Source of the DNA: Eledone cirrhosa
Taxonomy: Eukaryota
Length of the DNA: 64,000 bases
Direction: 5' to 3'
Assembly (NCBI GenBank): GCA_964016885.1
Contig: OZ024753.1
Span: 43,152,001 to 43,216,000, forward strand
Positions 1 through 11,812 of the stretch are shown one piece after another. The position numbers and the translations under genes were made by a program. Each line of letters starts with the position of its first letter. Within the stretch, counting starts at the first letter, position 1. The notes beneath the pieces are model-generated. The model searched no databases. It was not told the DNA's origin and saw only the letters and a list, made by a program, of their open reading frames with translations.

Positions 1-88
1 GAGTTGCAACTGATAGATAGTACTAGCAACTGGAAAAACCGACGGAAACATTGTTTCCTCGGTCCGATTTGACGAAAGTCGATCAATT
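1..88 (+). mobile_element. 3' body of SINE family C (cut by window edge)
   Basis: Reverse complement of the body of the tRNA-headed SINE at 47053-47265 (ggaaacattgtttcctcggtccgatttgacgaaagtc). Confidence 0.75.
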
Positions 89-89
89 A

Positions 90-150
90 AAAATATTCTA
101 CAATGTATTGAGTACCTTACTTACTGTGTTATCCCCGGTTGAACCTATAT
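90..150 (+). mobile_element. Tail-only fragment of HHR/palindrome family 2
   Basis: tgtattgagtaccttacttactgtg..ttgaacc matches the tail at 5192-5240 and ends in (TA)n. Confidence 0.6.
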
Positions 151-324
151 ATATAATTATTCTTTATCATTAACATTAATATAAAAAATAATAATTATAT
201 TCTTTTTAGAGAAGGGCCTCAAATTTCATATAGTTTAGGGCCTTACAGCTTTGCCGACCATCATAGAATTGAAGTTTTATAGAATTATTTACAATGTTTC
301 TCATTGAATGATTAACAGGTAAAG

Positions 325-512
325 ATTTAAGTATTTACATTATTTCATATTTACTATTATATTTTCATGGTAAAGGCCTTATCTCACATAATTATCTCAT
401 ATAATATTGAATCTATGAGAATACCTTAACATCAGTATGAGTGGCTAGTTACAGCTGGTTTAAACAGAAAGAGGTGAGAGAATTCTGGCTGGATACAGCC
501 GGTTTAAATGCT
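325..512 (+). mobile_element. Degraded copy of TTAA-type (piggyBac-like) MITE
   Basis: Shares taccttaacatcagtatgag...tttaaatgct with 2768-2965 and 18376-18596. Confidence 0.65.
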
Positions 513-782
513 GTCTAGAGTTGTAGAGGTCTTATTGGTAGTTCCATACTAATGCTACTGAAGAAATCTCAGAAACAGTATGTGTGTATTATACATGAAT
601 AAATAGGGTAATATACAAATTTACTCAAAATTAGCTAAAAAAAATATATATATAAAACATCTATTGTATTTATGTTAAATAGGTTTTTTTTCCAGTATTT
701 TCTAGCATATCTACAAATTTCTTTTTTGGTTTGTTTTTTCTCCAGTATCTTCATTCTAGTTATTTGACTACCCTAATGTATA

Positions 783-974
783 TAATTGTTTCTACTTTTG
801 GTACATGGCCAGCAATTATCCCAGTGTATTACTGGTACTTTATTTTGTCGACCCCGTAAGGATGAAAGGCAAAGTTAACCTCGGCGGGATTTGAACTCAG
901 ACTATAAAGGGCCGTAACTCTATACTGCTAAGCATGGTGTCCAACCTTCTTCCGATACTGCCAATCCACCGACC
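783..974 (-). mobile_element. tRNA-derived SINE family A
   Basis: Box A/B-like head (tggcagtatcgg / gagttcaaatcc) and body gcctttcatccttacggggtcga. TSD-like flanks cctaatgtatataat / cctattgtatataat. Confidence 0.9.
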
Positions 975-1879
975 TATTGTATATAATGATGTATATAATA
1001 AGACAATTAAAGCAATGAGCATGTATTGCTATAGGTGTTCTGCACTAAACTACATCTGACTGAAAATGTTGATACTGGAGTTCTGATGTTGTTTTACAAT
1101 AAGTTAGGTTCCTTATAAGAAAATAACAATTTATTTAGCAACTCACTCCTACGTTTCTTCTTTTCCTTCTTTCTCTTTCAAATACCATAATACAAAACCA
1201 TTCTAGTTGAGTTTACTTCCTTCTCTTTCATTTATCTTTTACACAATCACAAATATAAAATTTACTACTTTTTTTTTTCTTTTTATGCAAACGAACTTTA
1301 GTAGTATGAGAGCAGTACATATATCTAAGAAAAGTTTTTTTTTAAAAATATATTGTAACATATATAAGATAAAATGAACGAAAAAAGAAATTGAAAGGAA
1401 AAAGAAAAAGATAAGGAAAACGAAAAGGAGAAAAAAAAAAATCAAAAAATTTCAAATCTCTTAAATATCTATAATACTGATGCATATCTCTGATATTAAA
1501 TTTTTACTGTATAATTACAGAGAATTTACAGTAAAGTACATACATGCTTTATACTAACATACCTAGTCAATATTCTTTAGCTCGACTTAACACTATACAC
1601 AGTTTAGATATTTCCATTGAAGTATAGAATATGGTATGGTTTTTTTTTCTCCTTTTGTTGCTGATAACGATTTATGATTATGTTCTGTTTGTATCTAATG
1701 TATATTTCATAATCTTCCAAGCATAACATTAATATTATACACTTTATAAATCGTCATAGCATATACACTTTTAATTGTTTTGTTTCGTTTGGTGTTGTTT
1801 TTTGATTTTTGGTGTATTTTTTTTACTTTAAATATGAATACTTTACTGCTTTCTCTTTCATTTTAATAAGAATATATGA

Positions 1880-1883
<4 letters not shown>

Positions 1884-1963
<80 letters not shown>

Positions 1964-2120
1964 ATGTATATATATGTGTGTGTATGTATATATATGTGTA
2001 TGTATGTATATATATGTATATATATGTATGTATGTATATATATATATATATACACATACACACATATATATACACACACATACATACATATACATATATA
2101 TGCACACACACACATATATA

Positions 2121-2172
<52 letters not shown>

Positions 2173-2309
2173 CATACATAGATATATACACATATCAATG
2201 CACACATGCACACACAGATATATACATACATACATATATTATATATAAATATATATATATACACACACACACACATGTATATATATAAATATATATATAC
2301 ACACACACA

Positions 2310-2351
<42 letters not shown>

Positions 2352-2355
2352 TATG
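1884..2355. repeat. (TA)n/(CA)n compound microsatellite
   Basis: Direct inspection. Confidence 0.95.
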
Positions 2356-2554
2356 TAGTACGATGTTGGATTATATTTATTTAATCAGACACAATATTGA
2401 ATGTATTTATTCAGTCTATATCGATATTTTTCTTCTATTACACAGTCCAATAACACAAAGATTTGTTCTTAGAAAATATATGATATTATCTTTGTTCTTG
2501 AACAAAATGACTGAGCTTTGATTACCAAAAACATATACCCAAAATATCTCTACA

Positions 2555-2700
2555 TCTTCATCATCATCTATTTTCTATACTAAACAGGATGATCCATAGA
2601 CATGTCACATGGTTTCTGTCTTGCTCAGATGTTCCATTTTGGTATGGTTCCTATGGTTAGATACCCTTCCTAATGCCAACCGTTTTACAGATTGTAGTGG
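2555..2700 (-). mobile_element. Degraded SINE with RTE-type (ATG)n tail
   Basis: catcatcatc tail plus atacccttcctaatgccaacc module shared with families B and D. Confidence 0.55.
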
Positions 2701-2767
2701 GCGAAAGGGTGCTGACCAACAGACTGCTATACACACACACACATACACCTATCTGTATTCCTTCTAG

Positions 2768-2965
2768 CCCTTTAGCATTTACATTACTCTATATTTACTA
2801 TTGTGTTTTACTGATAAAGGCTTTATCTTATATAATATCGAATCTATGATATTTTTCTATTATTCATTTTGAGAACAATACCTTAACATCAGTATGAGTA
2901 ACCGATTAAGGCTGCTTTGAACAGAAAGGGGTGAGAAAATTCTGTCCGCTTTAAATGCTAAAGGG
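2768..2965 (+). mobile_element. piggyBac-like MITE
   Basis: TIRs ccctttagcattta / taaatgctaaaggg. Homologous to the TTAA-flanked copy at 18376-18596. Confidence 0.75.
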
Positions 2966-3029
2966 TTAGAGAAGGATAGAGAGTGAGAGAAAGGAAAGGA
3001 AAAAGAAATATAGAACAATTGAAACAGTA

Positions 3030-3120
3030 GCAGATTGGTACTTATGCATCAATCTGGAATGGATGAAAAGCAAAGTAGACCTTCACGGGATTTGAACTCA
3101 GAGAGAAGAGAGCCGGCAAT
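3030..3120 (-). mobile_element. Degenerate SINE family A fragment
   Basis: ggatgaaaagcaaagtagacc...gggatttgaactcag. Confidence 0.6.
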
Positions 3121-3164
3121 CTGATGATATATATATATGATGAGGATGATTTCAAATGACTGAA

Positions 3165-3302
3165 ACAGTTCTAGTACTGTAGAAGTCATTTCTATATAAA
3201 ATTTTATATATCATCATCATTTTGCATGGCAAATGGATGTTAAGCATTGATGATGATTTATAAAATTTCATATAGAAATGACTTCTACAGTACTAGAATT
3301 GT
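3165..3302. repeat. Inverted repeat of family 2 arms converging on an RTE-tail stub
   Basis: Arms 3165-3219 and 3248-3302 are near reverse complements (ttctagtactgtagaagtcatttctatat). Confidence 0.85.
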
Positions 3303-3447
3303 CTATCCTTTGAGGTAATATTTTACCCAATGCCACTTCAGCAGCATTTTGCTATTTTAACAGCTTCTTTATGCTGAGTTTTCCCATTTTCCTACGAATC
3401 TAATAAACGCATGTATTAAAACTCTATGTTCAAGTTAATTTTGTTTA

Positions 3448-4430
3448 TCTTCTATATATATATATATATAAAACTGTGGTTGTCTGTCTGTCTATCGATT
3501 TTTGGCACACATCTCCTCTTAGAATCTCTCACGGAATTGCACTGAAATTGCTATACTTGTACATTGAGCCCTAGCGAAGACATCGGAAAAAAAAAATTTC
3601 AAATTGACCCACCCTATGTGACGAAATCGAATATAATGTATCGATTTTTTAGCGTAAGTTATCAGTTATTTCCCTTTGTTCTGTTTACATTGAGCGTCTT
3701 ACGTAAAAAATTACGCTGGCTTTAACAGTTGTCGAGCCAGCAAAATATTGACCTGCAAAATTCATCAGTTCGAACACTAAGCTTCCGTTTTGCTTCATTT
3801 CCATTTAAAAGCATTTTAAAACAATATTTTTACTTGAAAACAAGTCTATTTAAAGACTACGTAAAACAAGCAAATATTTCGTCGTTAGGCGTGCAGACAG
3901 ATAGTCGTGCAGAGAGGTGATATACGCGTGCAGACAGATAGTCGTGCAGAGAGGTGATATAGGCGTGCAGACAGACAGTCGTGCAGAGAGGTGATATAGG
4001 CGTGCAGACAGACAGTCGTGCAGAGAGGTGATATAGGCGTGCAGACAGACAGTCGTGCAGAGAGGTGATATAGGCGTGCAGACAGACAGTCGTGCAGAGA
4101 GGTGATATAGGCGTGCAGACAGACATAACTGATAATTTGGTTACGTTAATGTTTTTCTCTGCGTTGCAGTGTTTACATTTTCGATCTTTGTTAATAAATA
4201 ACCAGTGTAGTTTCTATCCCCAGCACCCTCTTTTGTTATAACATTCGGGTTATCGTTATGTTTTCTTAACTTCATAAGGCATATTGTTGGTTGAGGGAAT
4301 ATTAATCAAAAACACCACATGCAAGTCTGCACAGTAGACACTACAGTTTTTAAGCCAAAAAAGAAACTTAACATTGTAACTTTAACACAGCTACTGAGCG
4401 ACCCCGAGCAACGCCGGGCTTTACTGCTAG
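3448..4430 (+). mobile_element. Non-autonomous Helitron
   Basis: 5' TC..tctatatatataaaa..tgtctgtct start. 3' hairpin cccg-agcaacgc-cggg (4403-4418) followed by CTAG (4427-4430). Flanked by A and T with no TSD. Confidence 0.75.
3887..4125. repeat. 37-bp minisatellite (~6.4 copies) inside the Helitron
   Basis: Unit aggcgtgcagacagacagtcgtgcagagaggtgatat. Confidence 0.95.
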
Positions 4431-4436
4431 TATATA

Positions 4437-4897
4437 TATAAAAGTGGATGAATACTTCAACAGGCACTAAGTACTTGTAGAAAAATGCAAGGTGTTTATA
4501 ATATTTGTGGTTCGAGTATTCATGAAGTATTCATCCACTTTTATAATTTTTCTCCTTATGTAGAGAACAAAACGTTGAATAATGCTACTAATTTTAGTGG
4601 CAGTATCAACACGTTTATAATAAACAGCTATTATCTGCGACCTGATTTTGCGTGTGTGTCATTTTAACGGCTTGACCGCATGCGTTGGGCAGGAAGCGAA
4701 ATATTTACTTTCTGTAAGGCTGGCAACCTTATAGTATGGAAATAAGCTGTCTGAAGATCCATTCTTTCCATTGGAAATTCTCTGGATTTCCAATATTTGG
4801 AATGGTGAAACCGTCGGTAACAGCAATAGAACAGGTGATTATTTAAATCGTTTTTTAATTTATTTAGAAAATTGTTTGATAACCGCTTGCTCCGCTC

Positions 4898-4902
<5 letters not shown>
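4437..4902 (+). mobile_element. (TA)n-embedded HHR-bearing element (family 3; putative Penelope-like stub)
   Basis: Bounded by TA tracts. Perfect 23-bp inverted duplication at the 5' end (4437-4459 / 4523-4545). Internal hammerhead. Confidence 0.65.
4746..4824 (+). ncRNA. Type I hammerhead ribozyme
   Basis: gctgt-CTGAAGA-long stem II (ccattc/gaatgg; attggaaat/atttccaat)-GAAA-ccgtcgg-TA-acagc. All core bases intact, GUA cleavage triplet. Confidence 0.85.
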
Positions 4903-4934
<32 letters not shown>

Positions 4935-5050
4935 GATATAAAACAAATGGAAACTACAATATCGTAAAATACTCCAAAACCTGTTGAGTGCTTTTATATC
5001 AGTTATAAAATATTTACTCGTTGTAACCCAACAATTTTAAATAAAACTTT

Positions 5051-5080
<30 letters not shown>

Positions 5081-5084
<4 letters not shown>

Positions 5085-5247
5085 ATATAGAAATGGATTC
5101 TACAGGACTAGAACTGTTTCATTCGGAAGAAATCATCATGAAACAGTTCTAGTCCTAGAAGCCATTTCTATATTAAAAATGTATACTCTGCTATGTATTG
5201 AGTACCTTACTTACTGTGGTTACCCCGATTGAACCCGGGATAAACAT
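5081..5247 (+). mobile_element. Family 2 palindrome+tail element with HHR-like motif
   Basis: IR 5081-5122 / 5139-5177 plus ~65-bp tail, between TA tracts. Minus arm reads ATGATGA-tttcttccgaat-GAAA-cag..ctg-TA. Confidence 0.7.
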
Positions 5248-5280
5248 ATATATATATATATATATATGTATTATCAGATA

Positions 5281-5420
5281 GGGTGTGGTAATATACCAGG
5301 TGGGCCATAACCCACCAGAGTACTCGATACTTGGGGTAGTAGAGTGGGTAATAGGAAAAGATTCAGCACCCCGATGGCTGAACTCCGGCTGTTTCAATAG
5401 CTAGATCCGATCTAACATAG
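5281..5420 (-). mobile_element. Family 1 element (tail + 3' half of HHR)
   Basis: Homologous to 11608-11812, 43172-43368, 57051-57240 and 58583-58780. Confidence 0.75.
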
Positions 5421-5959
5421 CATCTGCATGCAATTCTCTGTTGTTTTATTAGTTTGGCAATTACTTGCTAGTTAGTAAGCTACCACACTAGGTTACATGT
5501 TGTATACCAAATGGAGGAAAGTGGGAGGAAGAATTTCTGCTGTTCATTTCTTTATTTTACCAAAAGTTTAGCCTAAAGCAAGTTGCAGTGAAGATGTAAT
5601 TATGTTGAAGCTGTAAGCTGCAACCAAAGAATGCTCTCAACATGCTGAACTGTAAAGAAACACAATCTGTGTCACAACCTCATTAGATGTAATTATCATT
5701 GCCAACTAACATTGTATTTATACACGAAGTCAGCTATTAATTTCTTGCTTTTAGCAATTTGGAATCTCAACTTTTGTAATAATCCATTCATGTAACTCAA
5801 ATAATAAATATGGCATCAACATTTGCTGCTCAACACTTAACTCCCTCCATACCATATTTCCATATTTCTAATGGTTTTTCAAATAATTAAGAATTTAGGA
5901 AAAATAATTAAGAATTTAGAGGGATTGAATAATATAAGTAATTTTCTCATTTCATTATT

Positions 5960-6605
5960 AATCGGTGGAGTTACGGCCCTTAATGGTCTGAGTTCAAATC
6001 CCGCCGAGGTTAACTTTGCGTACCAGTCCCGCACTGGGGTCGATTTAATCGACTTTCCCCTCCCCCAAAATTACTGGCCTTGTGCCTATATAAGAAACCA
6101 TTATTAATCGGTGGATTGGCAGTATCGGTAGAGGGTTGGATGCCATGCTTTGCAGCATAGAGTTACGGCCCTTTATGGTCTGAGTTCAAATTCCGCCAAG
6201 GTTAACTTTGCCTCTCATCCTTACTGGCCATGTGCATAAATTAGAAATCCTTATTATTAATATGATTATTATCATCATTATCGGTAGAGTGTCAAACAAC
6301 ATGCTTTACAGCGTAGAGTAACGGCCCTTTATGTTCTGTGTTAAAATCCTGCCAAGGTTAGCTTTGCCTTTCATCCTTAAGGGGTCGATAACAAAGTACC
6401 AGTAATGCACTGGAGTCAATTTAATCGACTTTCCTCTCTTTCAAAATGGTTGGCCTTGTGCCTAATTCAGAAATCTTTATTATTATTGCCTTTCATCCTT
6501 GGGTCAACAAAATAAAGTACCAGTAATGCACTGGTTCGATTTAATTGACTTCCCCTCCCTAAAATTGTTGGCTTTATGATGCCTAAATCAGAAACCATTA
6601 CAATT
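5960..6605 (+). mobile_element. Tandem cluster of 4-5 partial SINE family A copies
   Basis: Repeated gagttacggccct..gagttcaaatcccgccgaggttaactttg..ggccttgtgcctaa segments. Confidence 0.85.
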
Positions 6606-6974
6606 ATTTATAAACAGATATAAGCATTCCTTAAATTCCTGAACTGCAGAATAAATATTGAATACAAGTCAATTGTAATTAATATTTTGTAATAAATCTA
6701 TAGTTTAGTGGTTGTTAAACTTAGTCATAGAACATCTGAAGAGAAGAATTCAATAAAATTCAGTATTTTCAACTAATAGTTTAAATTTTAAACAATATAT
6801 TTCTGTTCCAAAACCATAAAATTTAAAGTTCGATTTTGAAAGGAAAATTTGAGTCTCACAAATGTAATTGTGGAACAACAATGGAGGGGTGTGTGGTAGC
6901 AATGGTTATATTGTAATAAGTGTTATGTTGTAGGAAAAGAGTTGGGCAAATACACATCCATTCTTTTACTGCTG

Positions 6975-7150
6975 CCATACTGGGGGTTGAACTTTCAAGA
7001 GGTTTAATCATCTATATTGATGAAACGTGACTTGACCAGACCAGGGTCTGTTGAGAGAGCCATTTTAGTCACTGACCACTCAACCATGAAGCAGGTTCTA
7101 GTGGGTTACATGGCACCAGTAACTAGCAGCAGAAGGCTTACTTCACCTGA
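6975..7150 (-). mobile_element. Old interspersed repeat family E
   Basis: Reverse complement shares aacctgcttcatg.ttgagtggt..actaaaat..agaccctgg.ctggt with 10520-10600, 9205-9305 and 63105-63165. Confidence 0.6.
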
Positions 7151-7649
7151 CCAATATATAAAATATATATTTTATAGAAATAAAGGTCTAGACATGAAAT
7201 ATTATTTAATTAATGAATACCTAAAGTTTTATGATGAATATCATATTTACATTTTTCTATATTTATCGATAAATAAAATAAATTTTATTTTGAAAAGTAA
7301 AAAAAAACATGGCATATAAATTTTCATTTCCAAACTTGATTTGAGAATATATTAAGACCGATTTTATCATTCATTGATTTATTATTTGGTTCCATTTATA
7401 ATTCTTATATAACATATGAAATGATGACAATTTGAAATTTCTTTTATTTATATTTGAAAATTCAGGATCAATTTTTAAAGAAAATTTATATTCAAAATTA
7501 CCCTATCAAAATAATGGGAGAAAGTTCAAATTCTTCAATTCATTATTCTCACAGTTTATATTTTTAGGTATTTGTAAATATATATTTAGAATTAGCAATC
7601 GGATTTTTATGTAAAATGATATGTATGATCTCAAGTATAGTAACAAGTA

Positions 7650-7805
7650 CAGGCATGACTGTGTTGTTTAGGAGTTTGTTTTGCAACCAACCATATGGTT
7701 CTGGAATCAGTGCCTTCTGTAAAGTACCTGGGGTAAGTGTCTTCTACCAGGGGCCTTAGGTTAACTAATGCGTCATGAGGGGAATATGGTAGACTGGAAA
7801 CTGTC
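7650..7805 (+). mobile_element. Degenerate tRNA-derived SINE
   Basis: caggcatgactgtg..caacca.atggttctgg..cctggggtaagtgtcttctac..ggtagactggaaactg. Confidence 0.55.
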
Positions 7806-7814
7806 TATCAAATT

Positions 7815-8345
7815 CTCCTCATGCACTGTAGACCAAAGCTAGGGCACTGATATGCAAGGTGAATATGCCAGCACCCCTTCATGGGCCTGACAGATGGTAA
7901 AGAAGGTTGTTCCTTGCAATTAAGTTTGCACATAAGGACTTAAGATGCTGTCTATAGGTCAGCTGTTGGTCCAATTTCACTCCGAAATAGGTCAGTGTGG
8001 TGTTATATGGGAGAGGTGTACCATCAAAGTTAATGGTGTGCTGGCTTCCCTTGTATTCAGGTGAAATTCTGTTGCAGTTGTAGTCGTCTCCAGATCTTGA
8101 AATATGGTGCCAGTTGTGGCATGTCTGCTGTTGATATACCCTCTACAGTCGAGGCTATTAGAATGGAGAAAGGTGGGTTTATCTGTGTAGCAATACTGTC
8201 ATGATATTCTTTGAGATATGCCATTGATGTACAGGTCGAAGAACATGGGGGTAATACAGAGCCTTGAGGGACTCCATTACACAGGAAACACAGTCTGCTG
8301 GTCAGTCCACTGCTGGCCTTCAGGACAAAACATTGGTTGGTTATG
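7815..8345 (-). pseudogene. Decayed LINE reverse transcriptase, Ingi/Vingi-like (I group)
   Basis: Manual translation gives NGVPQGSVLPP, TYFGVKLDQQLTYRQHL..ARNNLLYHLSGP*RGA and TLHISALALVYSA, with stops and frameshifts. Confidence 0.8.
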
Positions 8346-8366
8346 ATGTTGCATTTTGATCAGGGT

Positions 8367-8585
8367 TAATTAAGTGAAAGCTACTAATGTTAGCGACAGT
8401 ATTTCACTTATGAGATTCCATAGTTACAATATTCCAACAGTAATATTACACTGGAGTCAGAGAGGAGTAATTAAGTGAAAGCTACTAATGTTAGCCACAA
8501 TATTTCACCTATGAGCTTCCATAGTTACAATATTCCAGCAGTAATATTTCACTGGAGTCAGATGAGGATTAATTAGGTGAAAGTT
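8367..8585. repeat. ~101-bp tandem duplication (2.1 copies)
   Basis: taattaagtgaaagctactaatgttagc at 8367 and 8468, partial at 8570. Confidence 0.9.
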
Positions 8586-9204
8586 GCCAATCAATTCCCA
8601 ATCTATTTGGCATCACTGAAATCAAATCCCCATCTTAAAGACTGAACACGCTTCCAATTAATTAACCATAATGTCATATCACACACACACACACACACAC
8701 ACACGCACATATATATATACATATGTATATATACACATATTATATATATATATATATATATATATAACACGTGTATATAACACATGAGTATATGTGTATT
8801 TATATACATATACACAAACATATATGAGCAAATATACATACAGAATCTGCTGGAGTTATAGATAGACATATATTATATATATATATATATTATATATATA
8901 TATTATATATATATATATATATTATATCACTTTCCACATTATATATATATATATTATATATATATATATAGGCAGATACATGTGCACAACATACACACAT
9001 ATGCAACTTGGTATAAATATACATGTATGTATATAACTTTCCATAGAGATATGCATATAATATATATTGCTAATATATGGATGTTTAATAGTGAATATTG
9101 ACAGACTTTGGGGACTGTTTTCTATGGTAAATATCCAAGAATGTTAAATAGCTGTTTCATTTGTATTTGGTGGATTGACAGAATCATTAGAGCACTTTGC
9201 AGTA

Positions 9205-9305
9205 TTTGTTCATGGTCAAGAGGCCTGCGACTGAAACCCTGAAACCCTCCACCACCAAACCCTGGTCTGGTGAGAAGGTTAACTCGAACCCCAGCAGCAC
9301 AAAAA
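9205..9305 (+). mobile_element. Repeat family E fragment
   Basis: accctggtctggtgagaaggt..gaaccccagcagc shared with 10580-10622. Confidence 0.55.
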
Positions 9306-9689
9306 CACATTCACACTTTCTTCCTGCTATATCAAGCATTAAACTAATATATTTCTTTATTTCACTCTGCCATTTACTTTATTATTTCTGTTTAATTTTT
9401 ACACACACAGACAGACACAGACACACTACCAGATATATATGTTTGTGCATAGAATAATGTAAAAAAGACAGAAATCAACACAGGTAGTTAATTAGTTCAT
9501 GAACTAATTATATATATATATCTACACAAACACATATATATGTAAATGACTCTGTCACCTGGATGGATCTTCTTCGAGGAAGCTTTAAGCAGCGATCACC
9601 TACCACAAAAACTACTGGTCACACTGCCTAATCTCGCTGCAACCATCTTTCCAAGGTCACATTGAGTTTTAACAATGTTATCAGCTCCT

Positions 9690-9935
9690 CCGGTGTCACG
9701 ACAAAAAAAAACACAGTCCACGCTGTAATGTGGTCGTGTAGGTAACACGGTAAAAACCTCCCAGTCCACACTGTAAATGTGGTTGGTGTTAGGAAGGGCA
9801 TCCAGCCGTAGAAAACCTGCCAGATAGTCCTATACGAGCGAGACACGGTCACCCGACCAATCTTGCCTCAAGTGGCACAATTCCCGTCTAACCCATGCTA
9901 ACGTGGAAGATAGACATTAAACGATGATGATGATA
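9690..9935 (+). mobile_element. SINE family D (bipartite RTE-like body and tail)
   Basis: ggttggtgttaggaagggcatccagc module and aacccatgcta..acattaaacgatgatga tail. Close match to 48810-49072. Confidence 0.85.
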
Positions 9936-10499
9936 TAGATAGATATGATATAGATAGATAGATAGATAGATATGTGTATATATATATGTGTGTGTTTTAA
10001 TGGAAGCAATCTTTTATATATTATTTCCTGCTCCAATATTACCTTTTTTCTATTATTTATGTCTCTGAATCTATTCTCCACAATACCTTCAATAAACGAT
10101 ATTGAACAAAAAATATAATTTGCGAAATATTCGATATCGTATTACAATATTCCTTATGAAATATATGAATAAAATATGTTTTTATATCAAATGACCATAT
10201 GAAATTCCATTCTTTTCTTCTCTTCTACTGGTTTTAATCATTAAGCATTGGCCATGCTGGGGCACCTTTTTAAAGGATTTTTTGTCATTCATAATGACCT
10301 TTGTACTTATTTCATCTGTTACTTGTTTTGTTGAACTTTTATCAAAACAATAAATTATGGGGTGTAAACACAATTGTAAAAAATTTAAACACACTGATGG
10401 ATACACAGACAGACAAATAAGTTGATAATTTAGTTCAGAAGAGAGATTTTAATGGAGTTACCTTGTACTCACAACACCCTGAAATGATTTAGCGGGTAA

Positions 10500-10760
10500 T
10501 ATATAAGAACTGGTATCATATAAACCAGTACAACCTGCTTCATGTTTGAGTGGTTGTCAACTAAAATAGTTCCCCTACCAGACCCTGGCCTGGTGAGGAG
10601 GGTAAGTGGAACCCCAGCAGCTGTTTAAAAGGGTGGATGAACTCCTCAGAGTTAAAGGCCATCCACCCCAACTATAGGTTAAATAATCTCACAAACACCA
10701 ACCCACAGCTGCTCAAGTGTGGTGAGTATGGCTACACACCTGACATGACTGAAACAAAAC
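10500..10760 (+). mobile_element. Repeat family E, longest copy
   Basis: Internal similarity to 6975-7150, 9205-9305 and 63105-63165. Confidence 0.55.
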
Positions 10761-11087
10761 AGAAAGCCATGGAAGTCAACCAAGGAGGGGTTCCTTCAAT
10801 AGAAGTGTGAAGGCTCTGCATTGGCTGGATCTAAAAAACGTGTTTTCTAAATCAAATGCTTATAGTATCTTTTCTAGTGAACAGATCCTTGTAAAAACTT
10901 GAATAAACTAAAGTAAAATCTTTAATTTTTTAATGTAATGCATTCTTAATGTTGTTTTGTACATTTAAAAAATGATTTGCTAATGTGGTTTCATGTGGCA
11001 TACATACAAACCATAGAATATCAATGTAACTGTAGACATTTTACCAAGTTGAATTTTAACTTGGAAAACTATGAAAAATGATTGCAA

Positions 11088-11182
11088 AGAAATCTTAAAG
11101 AAGTAATCTTAAAGAAGTAATTTTATAGAAGTAATTTTATAGAAGTAATTTTATAGAAGTAATTTTATAGAAGTAATTTTAA
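11088..11182. repeat. 14-bp tandem repeat
   Basis: Unit agaagtaattttat, ~6 copies. Confidence 0.9.
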
Positions 11183-11607
11183 AATTACATGTAAAATAGA
11201 AATAAAGAAATATTTTTACAGAATATTTGAAGTAATTTGACAAAATTGCTTCTTTAGTTTCTTGAGAAAGTAAATAGTAAGGGAACAAATTTAGCTTTTG
11301 ATATGAATTTGAAAGAATAAAGTAGATTTTTAGGTGAGTAAAACCTGTAAGACAGAAATGGGGTAAATAGAATTGCCAAGTGTTGCTATAGACTCTACAA
11401 GAGATTTCAGAATCACAAGAATTTATAAGCTGAGATTAATCCGAGTTCTCTGTACAATGTATATAGTATATTAGTTTGTGAGTGACAAAACAATCGTAAC
11501 ATATGACAAATAAATAGAACTCTTTAATAGCTACACTGAACTTCACATTTTCCTTATTCTCTCTCTCCACACACACATATATATATGTGTGTGTATTTAC
11601 ATATATG

Positions 11608-11812
11608 TAGGAAAAGAGTCAGGACCCCGACAGCTGAGCTCCAGCCATTTCGACAGCTAGATCCGAACAGTTCGGATCTAACTGTCGAAATGGCTGGAGC
11701 TCAGCTGTCGGGGTCCTGACTCTTTTCCTATTACTCACTCTACTACCCTAAGTATCGAGTACTCTGGTGCGTTATGGTCCATCTGGTTCCTTACCACACT
11801 TTTTTTGTTATA
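11608..11812 (+). mobile_element. Family 1 palindrome+tail element
   Basis: 61-bp arms (11608-11668 / 11670-11730, 1 mismatch) plus ~75-bp tail. Contains GAAA-tggctg..cagctg-TC (HHR 3' half). Confidence 0.85.

Noticed and set aside
11608-11730. pre-miRNA or classical MITE interpretation of the hairpins
   Set aside because: Copies have an asymmetric tail, variable fold-back points and HHR half-motifs, which fits retroelement-derived inversion better. Small-RNA production is not excluded.
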